NCBI GenBank assembly: GCA_002269645.1
Contig: NIVC01002258.1
Span: 125,230 to 189,229 of the forward strand
Direction: 5' to 3'
Source of the DNA: Macrostomum lignano
Lineage: Eukaryota
DNA length: 64,000 nucleotides
The notes under the pieces are model-generated. The model saw only the letters and a program-made list of their open reading frames with translations, was not told where the DNA came from and did not search any database. The translations under genes and the position numbers were made by a program. This document shows positions 1-12,800 of the stretch, in pieces; within the stretch, counting starts at the first letter, position 1, and every line of letters starts with the position of its first letter.

Positions 1-60
1 AGCATCAAACTTGCAACAGTGGCATTACTTGGTAAGAGTACTACTAGCTAAACAAGCTAG

Positions 61-335
61 ATGACTTTGACTGGCTGTGCAACTTGTGCTCATAGCACCA
101 CTAGCTTGACAAACACAAGCAGCACTAGCCTAAGCAGCACTAGCCTAAGCAGCACTAGCCTGATGAGCATGAGCAGCACCAGTCTGAGCAGCACCAGCCT
201 GACAAGCACAAGCAGCACCAGCCTGAGTAGCACCAGCCTAACAAGCACAAGCAGCACCAGCCTAACGAGCACAAGCAGCACCAGCCTGATGAGCACAAGC
301 AGCACCAGCCTGACAAACATTGACACAAGCCATAC
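61..335. repeat. Compound 9/15/24-bp minisatellite (agcaccagcctgagc / agcacaagc)
   Basis: Direct tandem copies of AGCAC(C/T)AGCCT(G/A)A and AGCACAAGC. The poly-S/T ORF over it is a by-product. Confidence 0.9.
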
Positions 336-337
336 CT

Positions 338-872
338 GAGCCATTTCATCCGCTGTACTGCATGCATTCATTTGTTACTAATCCTGAAGGTCACCTGAAG
401 CAGGTACCAGTGCTTATGATGGTCTTGATGTCCAGCAGAGGCTACCAGGACTACCGCTTGGTCTTCTCTGCCGCACGTGATGTGCTCCATGGCCGGCCAT
501 CCGAATGCATGATGGACTTCGAGGCTGCAGTGTGGCAAGCAGTATGCACCAAATTTCTGACTGCAGTGCATCGCAGTTGTGCCTTCCACTACACACAGGC
601 AATTTACTGCTGGATCGTCACCATTTGGACTTTCACAAGCTTACTTGGATGATATTGATACACAGGTTTTCTGCCAACAGCTCATGGCATTGCCTTTTCT
701 GCCAGGTAACCAAATCGCAAATGCATTTTACACACTCCAAAGCATAGTCACAGACAATGAGCTCAACAGGCTCTGCAACTATGTCCAGGGCACGTGGATC
801 TGCAACTCTAACTGGCAAGTGCATGAACTCTCAGTCTTCCAGTTATCGATTAGAACAAACAAGGAATTGTAA
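338..872 (+). mobile_element. MULE/Mutator DDE transposase fragment (frameshifted near 620, truncated at both ends)
   Basis: Frame 1: PEPFHPLYCMHSFV...KQVPVLMMVLMS...MMDFEAAVWQAV...CAFHYTQAIY, containing the second catalytic D and the CxxH motif. Frame 2 continues GLSQAY...LMALPFLP...YVQGTWI...RTNKEL* and stops before the catalytic E. This matches the animal MULE consensus (QVPLVFVLMS, DFE.AMW.A, CxFH, LMALPFLP, RTNN). Confidence 0.88.
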
Positions 873-1232
873 TTCAAATGGACTAACATTTAAAGTCCTC
901 TACAAGCTTTTTTTCTTGTTGTTTCTTAAAAACATTAATTTCTTATTGTAATTAATTCATTTTATTGTACTTTTGGTGTCCAAGCATCCATCAGTGTCCA
1001 GGTTTTATACTGTTGACACATTGATTAAGTTTTACATTAAAAATTGTTTTAACATAGGTTTAACAAAGCTTGTAAAACTTAATGTAAAGTTTTACACTAT
1101 AATTCGTTTTAACAACATTTAAACAAAGGTTGTAAATTTGTGTAAGTTCTGAATTTTTTTGTTGCTATGAGATAAGAATCCTGTTCCTATGCCAAAATTC
1201 TTAAACATTCAAAATCCTATTTAAGAATTTTT

Positions 1233-1307
1233 GCCGAAATGGTTATTGCTGAATTGACCTGTCACCAAAATGGGTGTCACCAAAATGGTTTGTCGCCAAA
1301 ATGGACC
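1233..1307. mobile_element. Remnant terminal/subterminal repeat cluster of a non-autonomous DNA transposon (GTC(A/G)CCAAAATGG x3)
   Basis: Three near-copies gtcaccaaaatgg / gtcgccaaaatgg plus gccgaaatgg. No partner end was found, so the assignment is inference. Confidence 0.35.
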
Positions 1308-2794
1308 AGATTCTATTTAAGTAGCTTAAAATGGCTTAAAAAACTTAAAATGACTTAAAAATGATTTTAAGCACCATTTTAACGTCCTCAGTAAAACAAA
1401 ACAAATGACAAAATTTTCTTCTTAAAATATATTTGTGTTTATAAACAGTGTTTTTAGAATTATAAGAAAACTGTTTTAATATTTTAAGCAACTAGATAGT
1501 CAGTCTAAACTTATTTACTATTTGTAATAGTTTTTTTACTATTTGAGACTGTAAATTTTAACAAATTGTTAAGTGAGAAACATTAGTCAATATTGCTTCA
1601 GTAAATTGTTTATTACTAGTGTTATTCATTTAGTGTAAATAATCATTCTAACAATGCTAAATATCAGTCTAAATTACTTTGTTGACATGTGTAATCAAGT
1701 CTATGTAAACATTGAAATGCAGAAGTAAATGCAGAAGAACACTCTTGACTCTTCATGCCTTTAGACTACAATACATGTACATGTATTAGTGCTAATTAAT
1801 TAGTCAAGGTTAAAAAATTAACCTTCACCTTCTTCTAAGTCACTGTGCTCCTCAATCATATCAGAATAGAGCGCAAGTTTTTTGCAACCTGCATGGCTAT
1901 GTGTGTATCACATCATATCGGCAGTGCCCACTGTTTCTGTCAGTCAAAGTGTTTCTGATTCAATTGGCTATACATGTACCTATAAACAGGGCTTGACATC
2001 AGTGTGCGGGCATGGCCTGCTTCACATCACATTGTTAATTATTAAAATGGGTGCATGTAAATTGTTAGCTTTTAGGACAAATCCACTGCACTTTTACTTT
2101 CCTTAGCAGAACATTTTGCTCAAGGCTAGAAAAAAGAATAAAATAGAATAATGGTAAATTATATTAATTTGTTGCAAATGAACTTTAAATTAGACTGAAT
2201 TTAGCATGGCTAATCATACAAGCGAATGAATTTATTTATAAAATTTCTGACATTAAAGTAGTTTTGGCATAAAAATAAGACTGAAAAATTTAAACTATCA
2301 ACCTTAGTTTGTGCAAATTTAAAGTTCATTAGAGACCAGTATTTATTAGCAATGAGAATTTTTAGCTTAAATAACAGTGCATTTATTAAGTGTATCAATG
2401 TGGTAATATTAATTTAATTTTTATGAAATAGTCTGGGTGTGACTGTTTCTGCAATTGATAGAGACATTTTATAAATTGCATTTGTGAAATAGCACTATAT
2501 CATAAGATTTAGCAAAAATGCTTAAATTGAATCAAACCTTAATATCTAGTCTATTATCACTTAGGTTTTGGTCCATTATGGTCCATTGCAGTCCTGTTGT
2601 AGTCCATTGTGGTCTATTGTGTCTATTGCAGTGTTTACATGGACTGCAATTCCTGTTCCTATGCCAAAATAAAATACCAAATGATAATGTTCTCTAATTG
2701 ATAATATGGTATAAGATTCTAATCCTTCAAAATCTTATGTTGCTTTTTATATCTATGTTTTGACAATGGCTAGGCCACTAGGCCCTATTTCTCT

Positions 2795-3333
2795 GGTTCC
2801 TGGACACTTTGTCATCTTACTACTTTGTAATTTACTCATATTTCTAGACACTTCATTATCTTACCACTTTGTTATCTATAATAACTGTGGATACTTTGTC
2901 ATTTACTCCCTGGACACTTTGTAATCCACTTTGTCTAAAAAAATTAGCTATCTAAATGTAACTTCGTTAGCTAAGTTGTATCAGTAGTCATAAATATATG
3001 CGGCCACACTGTGTCTAAATAGGGGCCTATTTATATATGCAACTATAAATATTAAGATTAAAGACATTATATATAACATGTATATGTATCTACATATAGT
3101 CGCCTTCCTCCTTTTACATTCTGGGCTTGGGACCAGACAATGGCAGAGTTACAACCCACAAAGATAGTTGTCAAATAGTTGTATAATTGTTTAGTCTTAT
3201 TTGCTTTTCATATGTGATTTCATGATTTCATCTAGATTTTTAACATTTTTTTGGTATGACAAAGCATCCAAAAACCATGGTCACTTTGTCATCTAGATGA
3301 TGAACTGGTAAGATGACAAAGTGTCCAGGAACC
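2795..3333. mobile_element. MITE with 26-27-bp perfect TIRs and an imperfect 8-bp TSD
   Basis: tggttcctggacactttgtcatcttac (2794-2820) is the exact reverse complement of 3308-3334. Flanks are ATTTCTCT (2787-2794) and ATTTTTCT (3334-3341). Internal subterminal copies of ggacactttgt(c/a)at are present. Confidence 0.75.
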
Positions 3334-4257
3334 ATTTTTCTAGGCTAGTCCAATATGTGCAAATGGTTAATAATTATTTGGTCTGCTACTAGTTGTCTAG
3401 GCCTACCATTTTTAATTTACAAAAATATGATAAAATTATTTTTTGCCAAAAATTAAAAAATATATATATGATATCAGTTTAATGACTATGAGTTTATAAT
3501 GAAATAGTGATAATATAACAAACTTATTTCTTCATATTACAAGAGTTATTCATTGGAGATAATGATCAAGGATAAAGATAATGATCATTTTTTTATACAA
3601 CTTTATGATTGCATTGAAATTGCTCAAAATAAAATTCACATTAAAATCAATATTCAATGCTTCAGTTGACTATTGAATATCTTCTTTAGGTCATTCCATT
3701 GCTAAATTATGGCTTATTAAGTGATAGGTCCAAGAAAATAAATTGCAATTTTAACCTAACTATTAGAAAAACTTTGTTTATAGTCATAAAGATTTATTCT
3801 TAAGGTCAGTTACAAGCTAGGATGCATTTTGAAGCTAAAAAATAGGGCCAAAAAGAGAAAGGTAGGGCCATTGTGCATCTAGCTCATATGCATAATGTCT
3901 CTATATTAGTGAATTGGATCACTTTTTAAGGTAAGTTTTAATTTGAGCAATTTCAATGTGATAATAAAAATTTATATACAAACAATCACTATCCCAACAA
4001 ACATCCCTTGGCCTTATAGTGACAATTGACAATAAATTTTGAAGTATGACCATATCTAAAATAATAATTCACACATGTTGTCCTGATCACAACTTACTGG
4101 ACATCCCTCATATCTACATAGATTATATGTTTAAAACTATACATAATACCTATGACCCTTTGTTAAATGATGAGTCTTTCTAATCCAATGCATGTGGTCC
4201 ATTGGCATAGCAACAAAGCCTTGAATCAAGTGGACTTTTTGCAGTTGCCAGACTTAG

Positions 4258-6876
4258 ATGCAGCCAAACCCGGTCCGCTTAAGGCCCGGAGACCGATGCA
4301 CCTGCTGCCCGAACGGCTACCACGTGAACAGAAGTTATCTGGACGCTCTTGGCGCGACCAGCAACTACTCGATGGAGAGCTCCAGATCGGCTTATCAACG
4401 ATCTACAACAACAATGCAGAATGGATCTGTGCTGTCTTCCTATGAGCAGCAACAGCAGAGAAGCAGCGCTTATTACAGCGACGCCGGCAGCAGCAGGCGG
4501 CCTCCCGGCAGTGCCAGCGGCGCCAGCTACAACGGCGAGCCAGGTATTAATCCGGACGATGAGGGCGACTTTTTTGCCACCTACGGCACTAAGCTGGACA
4601 GGCGAACGGTGCGTCGGGATTTGGAGGCCGACGAGAATCGGCAACGTGATGAGGAGGAGGCCAAACGACGTCAGCAGGAGGCCCAGCGGGAGCAGGAGCG
4701 AGAGCGGCGGCGGCAGGAGCGGCGCCGGCGAAAGCAGCAACAGCAGCAGCAGCAGCTGGAGGAGAAGCAGCCGTCGCCCAGGCGACTGTCGCCTATGCCA
4801 GAGAGCTCACCGCCTAAGGTGTCTAGAAGGGCACCGCCTCCGCCTCCTCCACCGCCGCCGCCGCCCCAGCCGCCTAGGCCGAATCGGCGGCTAAACGAGC
4901 TTGAGAAGCTGCTGCCGCATCTGGAGGAGCAGTTCAAAAGCCTGCGGGACGCGGAGCCGCCAGCAGAAGCCACTCCACCGCAGAAGCCTCGCCGAGAAAC
5001 AAAAACTTCGACAGCGCAGACGGATCCGGACAGCCCGCCGCCGACACCGCTACCGACTGTCAGCAAATCCACCGAGACTGAGCGACCGCCTGTGGCGGGC
5101 TATCGAACCCAGTCTACTGGCACCGACGATTTTAGTCGGTCGGCCTCGGTCAAGGCCGCCGCCGCTGCCGACGAGTCCGACGGCGAACCGGTGCAAAAGA
5201 AGCCGGCAGTAGCGGCTAAACAGCCGCCGCCAGCTGTGCCGCCGAAACCGGCTGTGAAGAAGCGTCCGCTACCTCTGTTGAGCGCGTGCGTTGGAACTGA
5301 CCCGCTACCGCCGCCGCCGCCGCCGCCGCCGCCGCCTCCACCACCGCAGTCAGATGCCAGCGTCATCACCGATCCGCTTCCGCCACCTCCTCCCCTGACC
5401 GACTCCAGCGTTGTCACCAACCCGTTGTTGCCTCCGCCGCCTCAGTCCAACGCCAGCGTGTCCACCGATGCGCCGCCTCAGCTTGTGCACTTCGGCCAGC
5501 AGATCTCCGCTTCAGACGATCCGGCCGAGGTGCTTGAAGATTCCATTCCGGCGCCGCCCGCGCCGCTTGCCGAATTGGCGCCGCCGCCTGCCCGTGTGCC
5601 ACCGTCCGAGGCCGGCCTGCCGCCCATTCTTGACGATCCGCGAGTTCAGGACGATGACGACAATAACAATGGTTGCGAGTGCATCGAGGAGACGATCATA
5701 CCGGAGCGGGCTAACGTCGTGGAGACGGGCACCAGCACCACCTTCAGCTGGATGTTTCCCTCGCAGGCGACGAGTACAGACGACTTGCCGCAGCCTCCGC
5801 TGCCCGAACCGCCGGCGCATTCAAAGCCGGAGAGCAGCGACTTTGAGCAGCAGTTCAGTCCGCCGCCGCCGCCGCCCTCCAGTTCAACAGACACGGCCGT
5901 TTCCACTGTCCGCGTGCTCACCAACTGCAGCGACACCCAGACGGACCCGCTGCCCTCGCCGCCAACTCCCCCGTCTCCGCCACCGACGCCGTCTCCATCG
6001 CCAGCTCCGGTCGTGTCTGTCGGTGTCGGCGATTGCGACGTTTGCGACGTTGAAATGGTGACAAAATCGTGCGGCACGGACGGAGGCCCCGCCGCCCCGA
6101 TGGTGACGTCGAATGTCGAATGTCGGATGCTGAAGTTAGTCGACGTTGGGTCGGAATTCTCCTTGCACACGCATGCAACCTCGGCTCGCGACTCCGGTTC
6201 GTTCCATCGGCAGGAGGCGGAGGCGACCTCTGCAACTACGATGTCGGCCAGCTATCGTCAGAAGCATGAAGAGAAGCAACAGATTCTGCAACAGAGGCAG
6301 CAATTAGAGCAAGCTTATCAGCAGAAACTGGAGCTAAGCGAACGCGAGCATGTTAGCACAGTGAATCATCTCAGGTCAGTGATAACAGAACTGGAGAGAC
6401 AGGTGAGCACGTATCAGTCAACTGTAGTTGAGCTGAAGCAGCAGCAGTCGGCGGCAGCATCAAAGTCAATCCGCAGGCGCAATGTTGGCCTAATTGTGAA
6501 ACCGTCCTGTCGCGATGTCGGCATCAATTTTGTCGCCGAGGAGGCCAAACCGTCTCAACGTTCCGTCGGTATCGGCGTCGAACTCCAGCCGCCGGCGGCC
6601 AGCAGCAGCAGTAGCAGCAGGATTGAAGAATCGACCAGATCATCCACAACTAAAAGCGAAAGTTCTCTGCTCAACTCGGTTCAGCAGTCGTCCACAGAAG
6701 TGGTGGCTTCCGCGCCTACGCCGCCGCCAGTCACGTCCACAACCATAATTAGCCAGAGGCACGCCGCTCAGACCATCATCCAACAGTTGCACCAGACCTA
6801 CGGTATTAGCACTGTTGAGCTTGTCAATCTTATTAGTCAGCTACTACGACGCGACGTTAGAAGCTGCGGACTACAG
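4258..6876 (+). CDS. KANK: KANK exon 1 (KN motif, Pro-rich region, coiled coil)
   Basis: ATG at 4258 is preceded by an in-frame TAG and by acceptor TTTTTGCAG (ends 4244). 873 codons to donor CTACAG|GTTAG. Confidence 0.88.
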
Positions 6877-9800
6877 GTTAGGGTGCAATGTTGGTTATTG
6901 TTGCAGACCGAGCTTATGTTGAGAGCCGCTTTACTAAACTCTTTGTCTTGTCTGTCAGGTACGCTCTCTGTCAGCTGTAGGTCAGTCTGTAGTTGTCTGT
7001 CAATCTGTAACTGTCTGTCAGATAGGCCAACAGTCAGTCTGTAATTGTCTGTCAGATAGGCCAACAGTCAGTCTGTAATTGTCTGTCAGATAGGCCAACA
7101 GTCAGTCTGTAACTGTCTGTCAGATAGGCCAACAGTCAGTCTGTAATTGTCTGTCAGATAGGCCAACAGTCAGTCTGTAATTGTCTGTCAGATAGGCCAA
7201 CAGTCAGTCTGTAATTGTCTGTCAGATAGGCCAACAGTCAGTCTGTAATTGTCTGTCAGATAGGCCAACAGTCAGTCTGTAATTGTCTGTCAGATAGACC
7301 AACAGTCAGTCTGTAATTGTCTGTCAGATAGGCCAACAGTCAGTCTGTAATTGTCTGTCAGATAGGCCAACAGTCAGTCTGTAATTGTCTGTCAGATAGG
7401 CCAACAGTCAGTCTGTAATTGTCTGTCAGATAGGCTAACAGTCAGTCTGTAGATGTCTGTCAATCTGTAATTGCCTGTCAGGTAAGACAGCAGTCAGTCT
7501 GTAAATGTTTGTCAGAATGCAATTGTCCGTCAGATAGGCTAACAGTCAGTCTGTAGATGTCTGTCAATCTGTAATTGCCTGTCAGGTAAGACAGCAGTCA
7601 GTCTGTAAATGTTTGTCAGACTGTAATTGTCCGTCAGATAGGCTAACAGCCAGTCTGTAAATTTCTGTCTGGCTGTAATCGTCTCAGATAGGCCGAAATT
7701 CAGTCTCTAAATGTCTTTCCGGCTGTAATTGTCTGTCAGATAGGCCAACAGTCAGTCTGTAATTCTGTCAGGCGGACTGTCTGTCAGATAGGGCATTTTT
7801 CAGTCTGCAATCTTCTATAAAAATTCCGAGTAAAATTCCTTCGATTTGCCCCCAGGTGTCTCCGGAGACGCAGTCGCTGGGCACGGCAGCCCCAGACGGG
7901 TCTGTGTACACCGAGTCGAAGGGCACAGGCGACGAGAACGAGATGCGCACGGATGTCCGTCAGGTCCGCGAGCACCTGCTCCGAGGCGCCTCTGTGCAGG
8001 CGAAATCGCCAATGTCAAATAAATTCGCCTTCACAGAACGAGTTTATAACTACGAGGCGGCTACGAATACTCTGCACCCGACTTATCGGGACGCGCACAC
8101 TTCGACTGGTCCTGAGCTCAGCTCGGCGACAGTTCAGAATGCGTCACCCACTCGGATCGGCAATCAGCAGGTTCGAGTTGAGAGCAGCAGTCACTCTACA
8201 ACTGTTAATCGGGCTCAGACTCAGAGCGCCTCCGTGTTCGACTGGTCAGTGGCCGGGCCGCGGCCGTACGCCCGGACGCAGATTCCCATGCGAGGCTCAG
8301 CAGTGCCAGACGATTTGCCAATTCGTCGGTACAGCGGCGATCACGGCGACGACGACAATTCGACGCCGACAACGCCGGAGACGCCGCCGCGATCGATTTT
8401 GTCGGCCGCCGGCGTCAGGTCGGCGCTGGTTGGCGGCAACTCCAAGTCGGCCAAGACCGTTACCTTCGATGCTATCGAGGTGGTGAGACGGTGAGTTTTG
8501 CTGGGTTGAAAAAATGACCGGCCGTTGATGTATGTACTACTGTAGCTATGACCTAGGCTAAGGCCGATCATATTATAGCTATGACCTAGACTATGACCGA
8601 TCATTTACTAGTTATGACCGATCATATACTAGCTATGACCGATCACATTCTAGCTATGACAGATAATATACTAGCTATGAACGATCACATACTAGCTATG
8701 AACGATCACATACTAGCTATGACCGATCACATGCTAGCTATGACCGATCATTTACTAGCTATGACCCAGACTTTGACCGATCACTTACTAGCTATTACCT
8801 AAACTATGACCGATTTTTGACTGGCCATGACCAAGACTTTGACCGATCACTTACTAGCTATGACCTAGACTATGACCGATCATTTACTAGCTATGACCTA
8901 GAATATGACCGATCATTTACTTGCTATGACCTAGACTATGACCGATCATTTACTTGCTATGACCTAGACTGTGACCAAGACTATGACCGATCATTTACTA
9001 GTTATGACCGATCATATACTATACTAGCTATGAGTCTATGACCGATCATATACTAGATATGACCGATCGCATGCTAGCTATGACCGATCATTTACTAGCT
9101 ATGACCTAGACTATGACCGATCACTTACAAGCTATGACCTAGACTACGACCGATCACTTACTAGCTATGACCTATTATATACTAGATATGACCTTGGCTA
9201 TGACCAATTATACTGGCTATTACCCCTACCATATACTAGCTATAAACGGCAATGCAATGAGTAGCTAAATAAATATTGAGCTTAGCGATTCCTACTAGCC
9301 AATGACCAACTGGTACCAAAACTTACTAAATATTCTACTATAAAATCTCATGATTTGGTGGAATCCACGTATCCGAAATACTCAGCCTTTGCTTGTTCTC
9401 ATCGTTGCTTTATGCCAGTGGCCAAGATTTTTTATTGACCAAATTTATGACGCATGGCGCATAATCACATAGTTTCTCACGGAAATTTGTACAGGAGTTT
9501 TGCTATGAATAACAGTTTTTGTATTGTTAGTTTGTTTGTATAGTTTGTATGTGAGTTGACTCTGCTATTGTTATTGCTATCAATGCTATTTTGTATTCTT
9601 GTGCTGGTTTGGCACATTTTGCAACACTAGAATATAAGAGAATTGCTTGCTCAAAGCGCAGACCACAGAATGGAAAAGAACTAACATTATGACTAAGTTT
9701 TGGCCCCACCCAGCTGCTGGCCGCAAGCTGCCCTGCTCACAGGTTTTGTGTCTCTGAATTACTGGTCAGCTCTGCTCTTTATAGCTTGCTTCTGTACAGA

Positions 9801-12800
9801 TGCCGACCTTAGCTGTTCCCTTTTTGAGCCTTTTCTGTTCAAACTTCTCCCTTGCTGCTAGACTCTCACTGTCTCCCTTGCTAGACTCTCACTGTCTCTC
9901 TTGCTAGACTCTCACTGTTTCTCTTGCTAGACTCTCACTGTCTCTCTTGCTAGACTCTCACTGTGTCCCTTGCTAGACTCTCACTGTCTCTCTTGCTAGA
10001 CTCTCACTGTGTCCCTTGCTAGACTCTCACTGTGTCCCTTGCTAGACTCTCACTGTGTCCCTTGCTAGACTCTCACTGTGTCCCTTGCTAGACTCTCACT
10101 GTCTCCCTTGCTGCTAGACTCTCACTGTCTCTCTTGCTGCTAGACTCTCACTGTCTCCCTTGCTGCTAGACTCTCACTGTCTCCCTGGCTGCTAGACTCT
10201 CACTGTCTCTCTTGCTGCTAGACTCTCACTGTCTCCCTTGCTAGACTCTCACTGTCTCTCTTGCTAGACTCTCACCGTCTCCCTTGCTGCTAGACTCTCA
10301 CTGTCTCTCTTGCTAGACTCTCACTGTCTCCCTCCCTTGCTGCTAGACTCTCACTGTCTCCCTGGCTGCTAGACTCTCACTGTCTCTCTTGCTGCTAGAC
10401 TCTCACTGTCTCCCTTGCTAGACTCTCACTGTCTCTCTTGCTAGACTCTCACCGTCTCCCTTGCTGCTAGACTCTCACTGTCTCCCTGGCTGCTAGACTC
10501 TCACTGTCTCTCTTGCTGCTAGACTCTCACTGTCCCCCTTGCTGCTAGACTCTCACTGTCTCCCTTGCTGCTAGACTCTCACTGTCTCTCTTGCTGCTAG
10601 ACTCTCACTGTCTCTCTTGCTGCTAGACTCTGACTGTCTCCCTTGCTGCTAGACTCTCACTGTCTCCCTTGCTGTTAGACTCTCACTGTCTCCCTTGCTG
10701 CTAGACTCTCACTGTCTCCCTGGCTGCTAGACTCTCACTGTCTCCCTGGCTGCTAGACTCTCACTGTCTCCCTTGCTGCTAGACTCTCACTGTCTCTCTT
10801 GCTGCTAGACTCTCACTGTCTCTTGACTTACTTGACTTAGCTGCAGGGCTGTCCCGAAGGGGACACAGCGGGAAGGCGCGGGCGCCCATTCCGCTAGTCC
10901 CTGAACGGCCGACGCGTCGCTATGGACGGAGGGTTGGCGCCGCCCAGGGAGGTCCCCCAGTGTCGCCAGCAGCTATGGTGCTCTCTGGAAAGGAGAGTTC
11001 AGCCCTGCGGGTGGCCCGAAGGTAGCGCATGAGCTGATTAAAGTTTTCGGGTTTGCACGCTTCAGTAATAGATGTGTGTGGCCCGAGGTAAGTGAGTCTG
11101 GCCCGCGTGAAGGCGGGACAGATGCTGACGAAATGCTCAGCGGTTTCGTCACCTGAGTTGCAGAAACTACAGGTGGCGTTGGTGGCGTTGCCCTGCAGGT
11201 ACTGGTGCCTGGAGAAGCAGCCGTGACCAGAGAGGGTCATGGTGGCAGCCCGGATGTCTCTGCGCGAGAGGCGCAAGAGGAGCTTCCGGAGCTGGTGAGA
11301 GGGCTGAGGGACAGCGCCTCTGGATTGCCTGCAGTTCGTGCGGTTCGCCCAAGTCGAGCGGTGCTGAGTCCTGATCCACGCTTTGATGCGCGAGTCGATG
11401 ACACAGCCAGGAATCGGGACAAGAGGTTCGGGGCCGAGAGAGGAGCCGGAGGCACCAACTTTTGCAAGGGTGTCAGCCAACTCATTTCCTCGGATCCCCA
11501 CATGCCCCGGAACCCACTTAAGGGTAATTTTGTTGGCGGAACCCAACATGTTGAGGAGTTTGATACAGTCGAGGACTGTAGCAGAGTTGGTGCTGCAGCC
11601 ACTGATGGCGTGCAAGGCAGCTTGGCTGTCCGAATGGAAAATGATGTTCTTACCAGTAACGCCAGTGGCGAGAAGCTCTGCAGTGCAGGAGCTGATGGCC
11701 AGAACTTCATTTTGGAAAACACTGGAGTTGACCCCAGTGTATTGAGCGTGGGTAGCGATGACCCTCCCGTTCAGAAAGATTCCAACACCAAAGCCGGTGT
11801 TGGCTGACTGCTTAGAACCGTCGGTGTAGCAATGAAGCTCACCAGGGTTCCATTGGTCATTGATGTTATCGCGCGAGTCGATAGCTACGGAGTAACGCTG
11901 TCTCAGGTTGAGCGTTGGGGCAATGCCATCGGTGAAGACGCGATTGGCCTGACACTCGTTGAGAAAGTTAAGGCACAGATCGCTATGCGGGACAAGGTTC
12001 CGCTTAGCAGGTGCTCTCATGTAAATGAATTTGACGCCGGCATCAATTAGACGCCGCGTCGTTCTAGCCGCCTCACCCCTGATGAAGAGGTCAAGAGGCG
12101 GAAGATTAAGGAAGGCCCCCATGCCAGCAAAGGGCGTGGACCTGGTGGCGTTGCAGATGAGCCTACACGCTCTGCCTTGGATCGTGTTGAGCAGGTCTGC
12201 ATGGCTTTTGACCTGGGTAGCGCTAACCCAGACAACAGAGGCGTACGTAATGGCAGGTCTAACTACGGAAGTATCGATCCACCAAAGCCGCTTTGGGGAT
12301 AGACCCCAAGAAGTGCCAAGTGCTCGTCGGAGCTGGGCCAGGATGGCTGAGGCACGCTTGGCTTTTGCTTTCACGTGGGAGGACCAGTTGAGCCGGTGGT
12401 CAAGTATGACCCCGAGACATCTGGTCTGGTGCGCGAAGGCAATATCTCTGCCGTAGAGCTGCAGAGGACGTATGTTCCAGCGTAGTCTGCTGGTAAACAT
12501 AATGGCAACGGTTTTGGGCTCAGAGAGTTCCAGACCATTGTCATTGGCCCAGGATTCTGCTTTGCGGATAAAGCTCTGCATCAGATCCCTGAGCGTGCTG
12601 GGAGACGGTCCTGCCACAATGGCCGTGACGTCATCAGCATACCCGACTTTGAAGACGGGGTCGGGTCGGGAGTCACTCAAAAGAGCGTCCATGACCAGGT
12701 TCCAGAGCGTCGGGGTGAGGACTCCGCCTTGGGGTCCACCCTTACAGACTCTGGTGGAGGCAGTTTGCCCAAGAAGTTGGGCAGTGACCGTACGGTTGGA

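Noticed and set aside
6877-7044. C-terminal part of the listed 928-aa ORF (VRVQCWLL...)
   Set aside because: It is read-through into intron 1 past the CAG|GTTAG donor, and splicing to 7856 keeps the KANK frame.
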